A stretch of 64,000 nucleotides of DNA, from contig CAJXLT010000006.1 of NCBI GenBank assembly GCA_913056365.1, positions 152,186 through 216,185 on the forward strand. The letters run 5' to 3'. Each line of letters starts with the position of its first letter. The first letter of the stretch is position 1. The notes below the pieces were generated by a model. The model saw only the letters and a program-made list of their open reading frames with translations, was not told where the DNA came from and did no database searches. The position numbers were made by a program, and so were the translations under genes. Source of the stretch: an uncultured Paenibacillaceae bacterium (GTDB lineage: Bacteria > Bacillota > Bacilli > Paenibacillales > K13). Below, one piece after another: positions 9,301-17,900 of this stretch.

Positions 9301-11047
9301 AACGGCCAAAGAATATACGATTGTTGTTAATCGAGCAGCAGCGCCATCGACCAACTCCGATCTAAACGCCCTGAGCATCAGTGAAGGAACGTTAACGCCT
9401 AGCTTCTCACCCGGGACAACAAGCTATACTGTAGACGTGGTCTATGATGTAAGCAGTGTGACCGTCACAGCAGCCGTGTATGACAGCAGCGCAGCGCTGC
9501 GAGTGAATGGATCAAGCGTCACAAGCGGCAGTGCCTCATCGGCTCTGGCCTTGGTTGAAGGAGAGAATACCATTACGGTAGTAGTGACCGCTGAGGATGG
9601 AACGACTCGAAATTATACCATCGTGGTGAATCGAGCAGCAGATGATCGTGATGATAGACACTCTGGGAATGGAAACACTGGAAATAATCAAACGACAACA
9701 GAAGAAATCACAGTTGAAGTGGAAAGTGGAAATGATGGAACAACGGTTTCAACAACAACCATTAAGAGAACGAAAGATAATGAAGGACGAATCAAGGACG
9801 AAGTCGTCTTATCGGAAAATAGTGCGAAAGAAACGATTCAAAAGCTTAGGGCACAAGAGGATGACACAGCGAGCATCGTGATTCCGGATACCAAGGATGA
9901 AGTAAGCGAGGTTCATGTAATCATCCCGAAAACAGCCTTAAATAAACTGAAAGAAGGAAACATAAATCTAGAAATAAAAACAGCCAATGCAAAGCTTGCG
10001 ATTCCAGCTAGCACACTTACTCAGTTTGATGAAGACATCTATTTTAGAGTTGTACCTATTAAGGATCAAACAGAAAAAGAGCAGGTTGAAGAACGTGTTA
10101 AGCTAGAAAAAATGATTCAAGAAGTGGCAGCGAATAAGGAGATTCAAATTCTCGGCAGACCTGCCGTGATAGAAACGAATATGCAAAACCAAATCGTATT
10201 AGTGACCATGCCATTGCAAAGTGAAGATTTATCATTGCATGAACAAGAAAGACAGAAGGTGTTTAATAATTTGGCAGTTTTTGTTGAACATAGCGATGGA
10301 ACGAAAGAGCTGGTTAGCAGTGAGGTCACAGCCAATGCTGACGGGACGTGGGATATTGCATTTGAAATCGATAAATTCAGTACCTTTTCGATGGTCCATT
10401 TGGAAGGTGCTGAACAATATTTCGCACAGTCCGAAGAGCCAATGATGCATCAAGCTTATATTGCAGGCTATGCAGACGGCACCTTCAGGCCGGATCAGCA
10501 CGTAACACGTGCAGAAATGGCATCGCTTCTGGCACGAAACCTGACGACGAAGGCAAGTGAACATACCGAGTTTACAGATTTGGTCGATACACACTGGGCG
10601 TATGACAGCATTCAACAGGTCGTGGCAGCTGGCTTGATGAAGGGCTATCCAGGTGAAGTGTTCAAGCCGGATGCCATCATGACAAGAGCGGAAATGGCTG
10701 CAATTGTTCTCCAATGGAACGATCTGCAAGCGTCCAATGAATCCCAGGTGTTCATGGATACAGAGAATCATTGGGCGGCAGGCATCATTGCAGCCGTGTC
10801 CCACGATAACGTGATGAATGGCTATCCAGATGGATCATTTAAACCGGATCAAACCTTGAGTCGAGCAGAAGCTGTTACCGTCATCAACAGTCTATTGGAG
10901 AGAGGTCCGCTACACGGCGTTGAGAAGAACATCTGGCCAGATGTTCCCACAACGCATTGGGCTTATCCGGCGATCCAGGAAGCATCGATGAGTCATAGCT
11001 TTGAAATCGCAGAGGGCGTAGAATCCTTTGTGGAAGAAGTAGAATAA
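6371..11047 (+). CDS. giant S-layer-homology surface protein (BspA-type LRR x2, FN3 x2, Listeria-Bacteroides repeat, 2 cadherin-like domains, 3 SLH)
   Basis: A signal peptide is present (MKKWMVMMLTVFLVLTYMPLAQA). LTSVTIPxSVxSIGxxAF leucine-rich repeats occur in two blocks, each followed by an FN3-like PSxVTA..TGYTV..DG domain. YNVTYDGNGN...GWNT...LYAVW is a Flg_new-type repeat. The C-terminus has three SLH motifs (TRAEMA/TRAEMAA/SRAEAV contexts). Confidence 0.9.
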   Translation: MKKWMVMMLTVFLVLTYMPLAQAGVACETGIPDGDFCYIVNDDNLTVTITGYTGTGGVLEIPGTIDGNTVTVIGYSAFMSNQLTSVTIPDSVQTIGVNAFANNQLTSVTLPDGVTELGSFALATNQLTSVTFPDSVTSIGARALYQNPLKTVVIDGNDEQGTTIGDYAIGSFSLTSVTLGEGVVSIGTQAFYPHQLTSVTIPGSVKSIGEGAFTGNPGGDSLTSVTLGEGIETIGDSAFIFNQLASVTIPASVTSIESSAFLGNRITSMTIPASVQTIGDQAFSSNKMEHILFEGSPILGTSVFAQTWGLYPEFVGWYTDPEFASTWDGTAVPTGKEAFAQRNPDSPTEVTAAAGDGQATVSFTAPSHTGKNAVTAYTVNVYVDGVEQQQTTGVASPITITGLMNGTAYTFAVIATNATGDSVESDATDAVTPLAIFETTENEDGTLTITKYNGTETELEIPDMIDGKTVTAIGFSAFSSKQLTSVTIPESVVTIGSSAFSFNQLTSVTFEDGVETIGPHAFSQNSLISVTIPESVTSVGTGAFAGNMSLESVNIYGNDDDELGTSIGTNAFGNTSLTSVTLGEGVTSIGDVAFQYNQLTSLTIPGTVTSIGSNAFKENSLKSLTIKEGVENIGSSAFSSNQLTSVTIPNSVKSVGVSAFSNNRLERITFEGTPTLAVNAFLHYYTGFEGWYTDASVTEEWTDQLSLPVSGELYARTTWPASPSNASAEAGDAQVIVSFTAPTYSGESEITGYTVKVYVDGVEQSGLKTTGDQSPITVTGLTNGTAYTFKVIASNAAGDSLESAASNAVTPVEEYNVTYDGNGNHTGSVPTDSNSYEQGSEVTVLDNAGNLEKTGQSFAGWNTASDGSGTLYEAGDTFNIGNVGVTLYAVWKSSHAELNGLSISDGTLTPGFSSQKTSYTVDVAYEVSSVTVTAAVYDSHSTLKVNGTSVTSGSASSALSLDEGNNTITVEVTAQNGTAKEYTIVVNRAAAPSTNSDLNALSISEGTLTPSFSPGTTSYTVDVVYDVSSVTVTAAVYDSSAALRVNGSSVTSGSASSALALVEGENTITVVVTAEDGTTRNYTIVVNRAADDRDDRHSGNGNTGNNQTTTEEITVEVESGNDGTTVSTTTIKRTKDNEGRIKDEVVLSENSAKETIQKLRAQEDDTASIVIPDTKDEVSEVHVIIPKTALNKLKEGNINLEIKTANAKLAIPASTLTQFDEDIYFRVVPIKDQTEKEQVEERVKLEKMIQEVAANKEIQILGRPAVIETNMQNQIVLVTMPLQSEDLSLHEQERQKVFNNLAVFVEHSDGTKELVSSEVTANADGTWDIAFEIDKFSTFSMVHLEGAEQYFAQSEEPMMHQAYIAGYADGTFRPDQHVTRAEMASLLARNLTTKASEHTEFTDLVDTHWAYDSIQQVVAAGLMKGYPGEVFKPDAIMTRAEMAAIVLQWNDLQASNESQVFMDTENHWAAGIIAAVSHDNVMNGYPDGSFKPDQTLSRAEAVTVINSLLERGPLHGVEKNIWPDVPTTHWAYPAIQEASMSHSFEIAEGVESFVEEVE
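9058..9640 (+). repeat. in-frame tandem duplication, 2 x 300 bp (cadherin-like beta-sandwich domains)
   Basis: CTGAGCATCAGTGA occurs at 9071 and 9371, and TCGAGCAGCA at 9331 and 9631. The offset is exactly 300 nt, and nucleotide identity is high across the unit. Confidence 0.85.
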
Positions 11048-11107
11048 TAATTGAAACTCTTATGAATCCTGATTTTTTTGGAGTTTCAAATTGTAGTCCA
11101 TTGAATA

Positions 11108-11149
11108 AGCGGGTATTACACATGAATGGTGTGGGGTACCCGCTTTTTG
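11108..11149 (+). terminator. rho-independent terminator
   Basis: AGCGGGTA (11108-11115) pairs with TACCCGCT (11137-11144) and is followed by TTTTT. Confidence 0.75.
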
Positions 11150-11190
11150 TCGAACGATGTAAGAAAAATGTAAGGACGGTCTGATACCAT
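11149..11190 (+). promoter_or_regulatory. direct-repeat activator site GTCGAACGAT-GTAAG-N6-GTAAGG with a -10-like TACCAT (copy 2 of 3)
   Basis: GTAAGAAAAATGTAAGG lies at 11159-11175 and TACCAT at 11185-11190, a 9-nt gap identical to copies 1 and 3. Confidence 0.55.
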
Positions 11191-11255
11191 TGAATGAAGT
11201 GTGAACGATGACTAGAAAAAATCTTGTATAATCAAGCAGCAAAGGAGATCCAAAC

Positions 11256-14200
11256 ATGAAACCAACAAGAAGAACAAGAGAGATGATCGTGGCCGTCATA
11301 GTAACAGTTGCTATGGTAATGGGGCTTATTCCCCAGGTGGCAAATCCTCTGTTGGCGGCAGGTCCACCTGTCGCATCCGTAACCATAGACGGTGTTACGA
11401 CGGAACACAGCTCGTTTATAAATGGTGATACTGGTGCATGGGACCAGACACGTAGAGCTAGTAATATAGGGAAACCTATTACTGTAAAGTTACTCCATGA
11501 CGTTACAGTGGATGAAGAGTTGAGGGTTGTATCAGGCAGTGAGATTACCATTGATCTAAATGGTTTCGCCATCGATCGCGGTTTAAATTATCCCGTTGCG
11601 GGCGGGCGCGTTATATATATGGAAAGTAGTAGTCATCTTACGATTACGGATAGCAGCAGTACAGACATTGCAGATCAGGGTAAAATTACCGGTGGGTATA
11701 GTACTGGTGGAGGAGCGGGGATATTCATGAATGGTAGTGACGCTGAACATCCATCTACTCTCACTATAACCGGCGGGAATATCACCAACAATGTCGCCAC
11801 AAGTAGTACGCAGTTAGCTGATGGAGGAGCCATCTACGTCAATCAAAATGCCAACTTGATTATGACAGGTGGCAGTATTACCGACAATGTAAGCAACGGT
11901 AACGGCGGCGGTGTATATCTCGCTGGTACATTTACCATGAGTGGCGGCAGCATTACAGACAACAAGGCTAATGTGGGGAAAGATATCATTTGGCATGGGG
12001 GCGGTGGTGTATACGTAGCGTTGAACGCATCGTTTACAGTCAGTGGTGCTGTGAACATAACAGATAATCACAACGACGTTGACAATAAGGACGATAATGT
12101 CAAGTTGTTTAATGAATCAACACATATAGATGTTACGGGCTCTTTGGCTGATGCAAGTATTGGCGTACACATAGGCAGAAATACAGCGGGTGATGGCGTG
12201 TTCACCACAGATTATGATGCTCACAACAACGGCGTGGATCCTACGACCATCTTCACCGCTGACCACGTAGACAGATATGTACAATGGACTTCCGATAAGC
12301 ATGAAGCTGAGTTGGTAGTGGATCCTAGACCCACTCTTACTTACGATGCAAATGGCGGAACAGGAACGGTTGCAACCCAAAAAGCAGAGGTCGGCACGCC
12401 AATCATCATCTCCGCCAATGGATTCACTAAAGCTGGACACATCTTTCTAGGTTGGACAGATCATCCTATGAATCCGGATCCGAATATAACCTTGAAATAC
12501 GCAGTGGGGAAATCATTACTCCTCGAGGCAGAAGAAAGGTTTACCCTTTATGCAAAGTGGAAGAAGCTTAATCATGACGAATATGCCGTTACCTATCATG
12601 CGAATGGCGGTACAGGCGATGTTGCAAGTCAAATTACCAAAGTAGGGACAGATACAACCGTCTCTGCCAATGGATTTACGAATGGCGGTAAAGTCTTCAC
12701 CGGCTGGAACACGGCTGCGGACGGAACGGGTACGGCCTATGAAGCGAGTGGGATGGTGCCTTCTCAAAGCGAGGGTACGGTAGTAAACCTCTATGCACAG
12801 TGGAGTGATCGTCCAAGTGCGACCTACACCGTAACCTACGATGCGAACGGCGGCACAGGTACGGTTGCAAGCCAAACGACGAATGTAGAGACAGCAACGA
12901 CTGTTTCCGCCAACGGATTTACCAGAGCTGGCTACACCTTTACCGGCTGGAACACAGCTGCGGACGGAACGGGTACGGCCTATGCAGCTGGCGCAACCGT
13001 GCCGTCCCAATTAGAAGGAACAACGGTCACCCTTTACGCACAATGGGAACAGTCGACAGCAAGCACGCATGCTATTACAGGGACGGTAACCGAGGCCACT
13101 TATGGCCCGGCAGCTGGTGCAAGCGTGAAGCTGATGAAGGGGAAACTGCAAATCGGAACGCAGGGTGTGACCACAGGTCCAGGTGGCGAATTCACGATTG
13201 AAGATGTACCGAACGGCATTTATAATCTTGTGATTGCACATACAGACGGTACAACCGTGACGGTGAAGGTAGAAATAGTAGGTCATGATTATACGTTCGA
13301 AGAGGCCATTTCCCTTCCGCCTGGCAAGACGAGCAGCCTCGTTGAGGTAAAAGCAGGAACACCCGATATTGTTGTCGGCAATCTTGACAGCCAGTTTGAT
13401 GCTGCTGACAAAGACTTTGCACTGATTCCTAACCATGCAGTAGAAATCAAGCTTATTGCAGAGAAGAAGGATACAGACCAAGTAGCAACAGATGCAACGA
13501 AAATTACCGCTGTTGCAAGTCAGCAAACAATAGGAGTGTATCTCGATTTATCGGTGACAAAAATCAAGACCGTAACGGGTGCGACTTATAGCGAAGAGAC
13601 CATGCGCACACTGCCAGATATCGTTGAAATCATTGTTCCACTTCCATCGGAGCTTACAGGCAAGGATGGATTGACGGTGTACCGTGTGCATAATGGCACT
13701 GCTGCTGCATTGCCGAATGGTTCTGCAAATGCAGTAGATGGTGAATATTATGAAGTTGTGGGAGATGACATCATGATTCACACCAAGAGGTTCTCTACCT
13801 ATGCCATTGGCTATAACACGCCAACACCACCAACAACGCCAGGTAGTGGAAGTTCACGTGGCGGCGCAGGGCAGCCAACGATTCCGACCATCACTGTAGA
13901 GCCGCTGGAGGATGGAGACATAATCGTCAGCAAGGATGCGAAGAAAGCGGATATGGTTCCCAAGGATGGCTATGTCATTGCAGATGTCATCGTAGATGGT
14001 AAGAGCATAGGGGCAACGGATACGTATACCTTTACAGACAACCATGACCACAATATCAGCGCCGTTTTTGTCAAGGCCATGGCGTTACCTTATTACGATC
14101 AAGATGGCGAGAACATATACATTGGATTCTCTGCCATTCATACAAATCTCTACAAATACATCGCACCTGACGGTGTTATCGTAGAGTTTGAGGAGAATCC

Positions 14201-14753
14201 CAAGCACTTTACAGACAATACGATCGCATGGGCCAAGCCAAGCATCGACTTTGTGACAGAACGTGAAATATTCGCAGGAACCGCACAACATACCTTTAGT
14301 CCGAATGAAGCGATGACAAGGGCTATGTTTGTAGCCGTCATCGGCAGACTGTATGAACGTTCTTATGGACATGTTGCAGGAACAAGTGCATTCTTGGATG
14401 TTGATGAGGAGAGTTACTATGCCAAGTATGTAGCATGGGCACATGAAACGGGCATCATCAAGGGCGTCGGTGAGAATAAATTTGCTCCAGAAGAGAAGGT
14501 GACGCGTGAGCAAATGGCGGTGATCCTGCGAAATTTCGCCACCTTCTTAGAGAAGGGCAATGTGGAAGGTGAAACCCTTGCCTATTCGGATAGCGCAAGC
14601 ATCTCAACGTGGGCGGTCGACGGTGCTGCATATACGCAGGAGACAAATGTGATAACAGGCAGAGATGGCAACACCTTTGCTCCTCAAGAACAGGCAACAA
14701 GAGCCGAAGTGGCAGCTGTTATGGAGAGGTTTATTAACACAATAGTGAAGTAG
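11256..14753 (+). CDS. SLH surface protein (beta-helix-like Gly-rich repeats, 3 Listeria-Bacteroides repeats, CarboxypepD_reg-like domain, 3 SLH)
   Basis: A signal/anchor sequence is present. GGAIYV/GGGVYL/GGGGVYVA repeats are typical of right-handed beta-helix adhesins. Three YDANGGTG...GWNTAADGTGTAY...LYAQW repeats follow, and the C-terminus has three SLH motifs. Confidence 0.9.
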   Translation: MKPTRRTREMIVAVIVTVAMVMGLIPQVANPLLAAGPPVASVTIDGVTTEHSSFINGDTGAWDQTRRASNIGKPITVKLLHDVTVDEELRVVSGSEITIDLNGFAIDRGLNYPVAGGRVIYMESSSHLTITDSSSTDIADQGKITGGYSTGGGAGIFMNGSDAEHPSTLTITGGNITNNVATSSTQLADGGAIYVNQNANLIMTGGSITDNVSNGNGGGVYLAGTFTMSGGSITDNKANVGKDIIWHGGGGVYVALNASFTVSGAVNITDNHNDVDNKDDNVKLFNESTHIDVTGSLADASIGVHIGRNTAGDGVFTTDYDAHNNGVDPTTIFTADHVDRYVQWTSDKHEAELVVDPRPTLTYDANGGTGTVATQKAEVGTPIIISANGFTKAGHIFLGWTDHPMNPDPNITLKYAVGKSLLLEAEERFTLYAKWKKLNHDEYAVTYHANGGTGDVASQITKVGTDTTVSANGFTNGGKVFTGWNTAADGTGTAYEASGMVPSQSEGTVVNLYAQWSDRPSATYTVTYDANGGTGTVASQTTNVETATTVSANGFTRAGYTFTGWNTAADGTGTAYAAGATVPSQLEGTTVTLYAQWEQSTASTHAITGTVTEATYGPAAGASVKLMKGKLQIGTQGVTTGPGGEFTIEDVPNGIYNLVIAHTDGTTVTVKVEIVGHDYTFEEAISLPPGKTSSLVEVKAGTPDIVVGNLDSQFDAADKDFALIPNHAVEIKLIAEKKDTDQVATDATKITAVASQQTIGVYLDLSVTKIKTVTGATYSEETMRTLPDIVEIIVPLPSELTGKDGLTVYRVHNGTAAALPNGSANAVDGEYYEVVGDDIMIHTKRFSTYAIGYNTPTPPTTPGSGSSRGGAGQPTIPTITVEPLEDGDIIVSKDAKKADMVPKDGYVIADVIVDGKSIGATDTYTFTDNHDHNISAVFVKAMALPYYDQDGENIYIGFSAIHTNLYKYIAPDGVIVEFEENPKHFTDNTIAWAKPSIDFVTEREIFAGTAQHTFSPNEAMTRAMFVAVIGRLYERSYGHVAGTSAFLDVDEESYYAKYVAWAHETGIIKGVGENKFAPEEKVTREQMAVILRNFATFLEKGNVEGETLAYSDSASISTWAVDGAAYTQETNVITGRDGNTFAPQEQATRAEVAAVMERFINTIVK
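12333..13046 (+). repeat. three tandem Listeria-Bacteroides (Flg_new) repeats of ~75 aa each
   Basis: Units lie at about 12333-12560, 12582-12803 and 12825-13046. The last two share long identical nucleotide runs (GGCTGGAACAC.GCTGCGGACGGAACGGGTACGGCCTATG). Confidence 0.8.
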
Positions 14754-14796
14754 GCACAAAATAGGCACAAGAACACGGCAATGAAGATCAATTTCA

Positions 14797-14840
14797 TAAG
14801 CGAGTCGTACACATGTATTTGTATAGGACTCGCTTATTTT
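14797..14840 (+). terminator. rho-independent terminator
   Basis: TAAGCGAGTC (14797-14806) pairs with GACTCGCTTA (14827-14836) and is followed by TTTT. Confidence 0.75.
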
Positions 14841-14882
14841 GTCGAACGATGTAAGAAACATGTAAGGGCCGTATAGTACTAT
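14841..14882 (+). promoter_or_regulatory. direct-repeat activator site GTCGAACGAT-GTAAG-N6-GTAAGG with a -10-like TACTAT (copy 3 of 3)
   Basis: GTAAGAAACATGTAAGG lies at 14851-14867 and TACTAT at 14877-14882, again with a 9-nt gap. Confidence 0.55.
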
Positions 14883-14916
14883 CACACAAAAAAGTACAAG
14901 AAATGAGGCTTTTTAA

Positions 14917-17900
14917 ATGAAGAAACGAAAATCATGTTTTGGAATGATAATGACGTTCATTATGATGTTGTCTATATTTCCAATAGTCCCGATGACGGCA
15001 CACGCCGCTGATGGGTGTGATGCAAGTGCGCGCGCAGAATTTGGCGGCCTTGATAATAAAAACCTATTCTTGGGCGGCAAATATATCGAGCTCGGGATTA
15101 GCCAATGGGGGGATTTTGGTACAGAAGGTATTATGCATTATCCCGTGCCAGGGGATAGGCCAGCTAACTTTCACGGAACGGATCAAAGACAAAATATCGC
15201 AATGAGTGCTGATCATGACGGTTTCTGTCAAGGAGTAGACCTTCCTGTAGACTACTTTCTACCGGGTAGCCCTGAGGAACGATTTGCGGTTGGTTATACG
15301 TCTCACCCGGATGACACAAGGGGAGGTATCTCACAATCCAATAGTGCATTGATGGATGGGGAGTCCAACGGAATGGGCACAATTAAGTCCAAGCTAATGC
15401 CCACTACAGTCACCAACACTTCGGATTTGGACAACGGTATACTAAGCGCGACAATCGTGTCGTATTGGCGAAATGGAAGTCTCAGCCCTAAAATGGAAGT
15501 TACACAAGTCATTTCATTCCATGAAGATGACAAATTTTTTCGGAATGAGGTTACCCTTAAGAACATAACGGATGAAGGTGACTATCCCCAATCCTGGACA
15601 GGGGCAAGGTATACGCGCTCGCTTGACCCTGACAATACAGTAGACCAAAATGATGGTAGATTTTATGAAACAAGAAATGTGGTTACCCATACTGTGGCCG
15701 AGGACGGCATGGCAGTGGTCAAAGCAGAATCACATCTAGATGATGATAAGTTATACCAAGCATTCAACTCGAGGATGCCGATTTTCTACTACTCTAGCGA
15801 CCCTATGGCGAGGGGCTCCGTCTTTGGTAGAGGTGTTGTCGAACCTTATACGGATCAAGTCTATAATAGGCCACGGCCGAAAGGCGACGCCTGGGTGAAC
15901 GATGTATCAATCGGAATGACTTGGGATGCGGGACCTCTGGAACCCGGTGAGACGAGCGATGTCTTCACCTACTATACGAGCTTGGATGAGCGAGTTTTCG
16001 AGGAAGTCATGGCGGATATTAAGTTGGATGAATCACGAAGCCTCCCCCTTATAGAGGCGGAGACAAACGACGGTACGGTGCCCGGCAATCAAAAGGTGGT
16101 TGTCTCGGGGGCAACACTTGTGGAGCCCTTGGACATGGATCATATTCGAGTGAACAACCTTCCCGCGGGATTAGGGTTTGAGACCACCCGCCTCAGTGAT
16201 ACAGAACTGGATATTCAATTGACGGGCAAGGCCATGCAACATAGCTCGGAATTTTCAGTGGATCATTTGTCAATAACGATCGGTAAGGAGAATGTAATGG
16301 GCAGTTCTTCGGACTTGACTACGAAGAGCTTCTCTATTATGTTCCGCGATCCTCCTGAGCTCAGTGTGTACCCTGGCGTTATCAACGCTAGATTTTATAA
16401 TAGTTTAGGTTACGCCTTTCCTCAAAGTGAAAACATTGAATTGTCGATCCAGGACGGAAAGTTTGCTGAGGATATTCAAGCTGCAGATATACAAGTGAAT
16501 CATCTTCCAGCAGGATTGCAACATGCAATGAGAGTAGAAAGACTTTCAGACAAGAAGCTAAAGATCACATTTGATAATGGATTTACTTCGGTAGCGGAGG
16601 ATGTAAACAATGTATCCATTACCGTCGCCGCAGACAAGCTCATTGGAAGCCCGGATGAACTGACTTCCAACACCTTCAAGATGAATTTTGAGGAGAAGGA
16701 ACCTTTTCTAACGGTTGCAACGCCGCTGCTTTATGAGTCGAAGGCAAATGATGGCTCCATCGATGATAAGCTGGTTTTGGAATTCCTGAACGGCACCTTG
16801 CCAGAATCGGTGACGGAGTCTGTATACGCGGAGGCGGTGAATTGGCCTTCAGGGCTGTACATTGGTGAGGTTACACGGGACAATGACACACAGCTTACCT
16901 TGTCGATTGCAGGACAAGCGGATAACCACAGTGTGACGGATAGTGTCTACGATGCGCAAGTGAACATGATGAATATGATGTCCAATACCTTCTCGATCAT
17001 ATTCCGTTCACCACCGCCGTACATTACGGCATCTCCAGACATCATTGGTTACGCAGAGGATGGTACCGGTATAGATGTCTTGACGGTTGCCTTGAACAAC
17101 GGAATCTTTGCTCAGGATATGAGTAGTGGTGTTACGCTCAATAACTTGCCAGAGGGACTCAGCTTTGCAGTGGATCGGATCAGTGATACGGAATTAGAGA
17201 TTCATTTTACAGGAGGCAATATCCAGAAGAATACAGCCACTCCATTCGCTTCCGTGACGGTTGAGGCTGCCAAAGTGATCGGCGCTGAAGCCCCGCTTAC
17301 TTCTAATTTTGTTGAATTACAGGTACCACAGGATGATGCGCAAGCGAATCTGGATGCTGTCGATCTGACATGGGATACCATCAGAGAGGAGAATATTCTG
17401 CAATCTTCTGTGACGACAGATGTGGATCTGTTAACCGAGGGCAAGTACGGAAGTACCATCACATGGACGTCTTCCGATGAATCGGTGATCGCGCTGGATG
17501 GCCAGGTGACGAGGCCGGGAACGGATGAAAGCGATCAGGCAGTGAAGTTGATTGCAGAGATCACTTACGGCACGGTATCACTAACGAAGCCATTTGATCT
17601 AATCGTGAAGAAGCTAGAAGAGAGCTTACCCGCACAGCCTCTAACTTTCGATAATGTGACGAATGGTGCGGTTACGAAAACCTATGGTGACTCGAGGTTT
17701 ACTTTCACCGCAACTAGCACTAAAGCTGACGGCGGACCCATTTCTTATAGCAGCAGTGATGAGAAGGTAGCCACTGTGGATGCAGCAACAGGTAAGGTTG
17801 CCATGCACAAGGCGGGTGAGGCTACGATTACCGCTACAGCGGCAAAAGTACCAGGACTGTATGGGAAATCTACAGCTACGTATGTATTAACCGTTAATCC

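Noticed and set aside
9058-13046. Regular tandem repeats checked as possible CRISPR arrays.
   Set aside because: The repeat units are 220-300 bp, lie in frame within coding sequence and encode protein domains. There is no short repeat/spacer architecture anywhere in the window.
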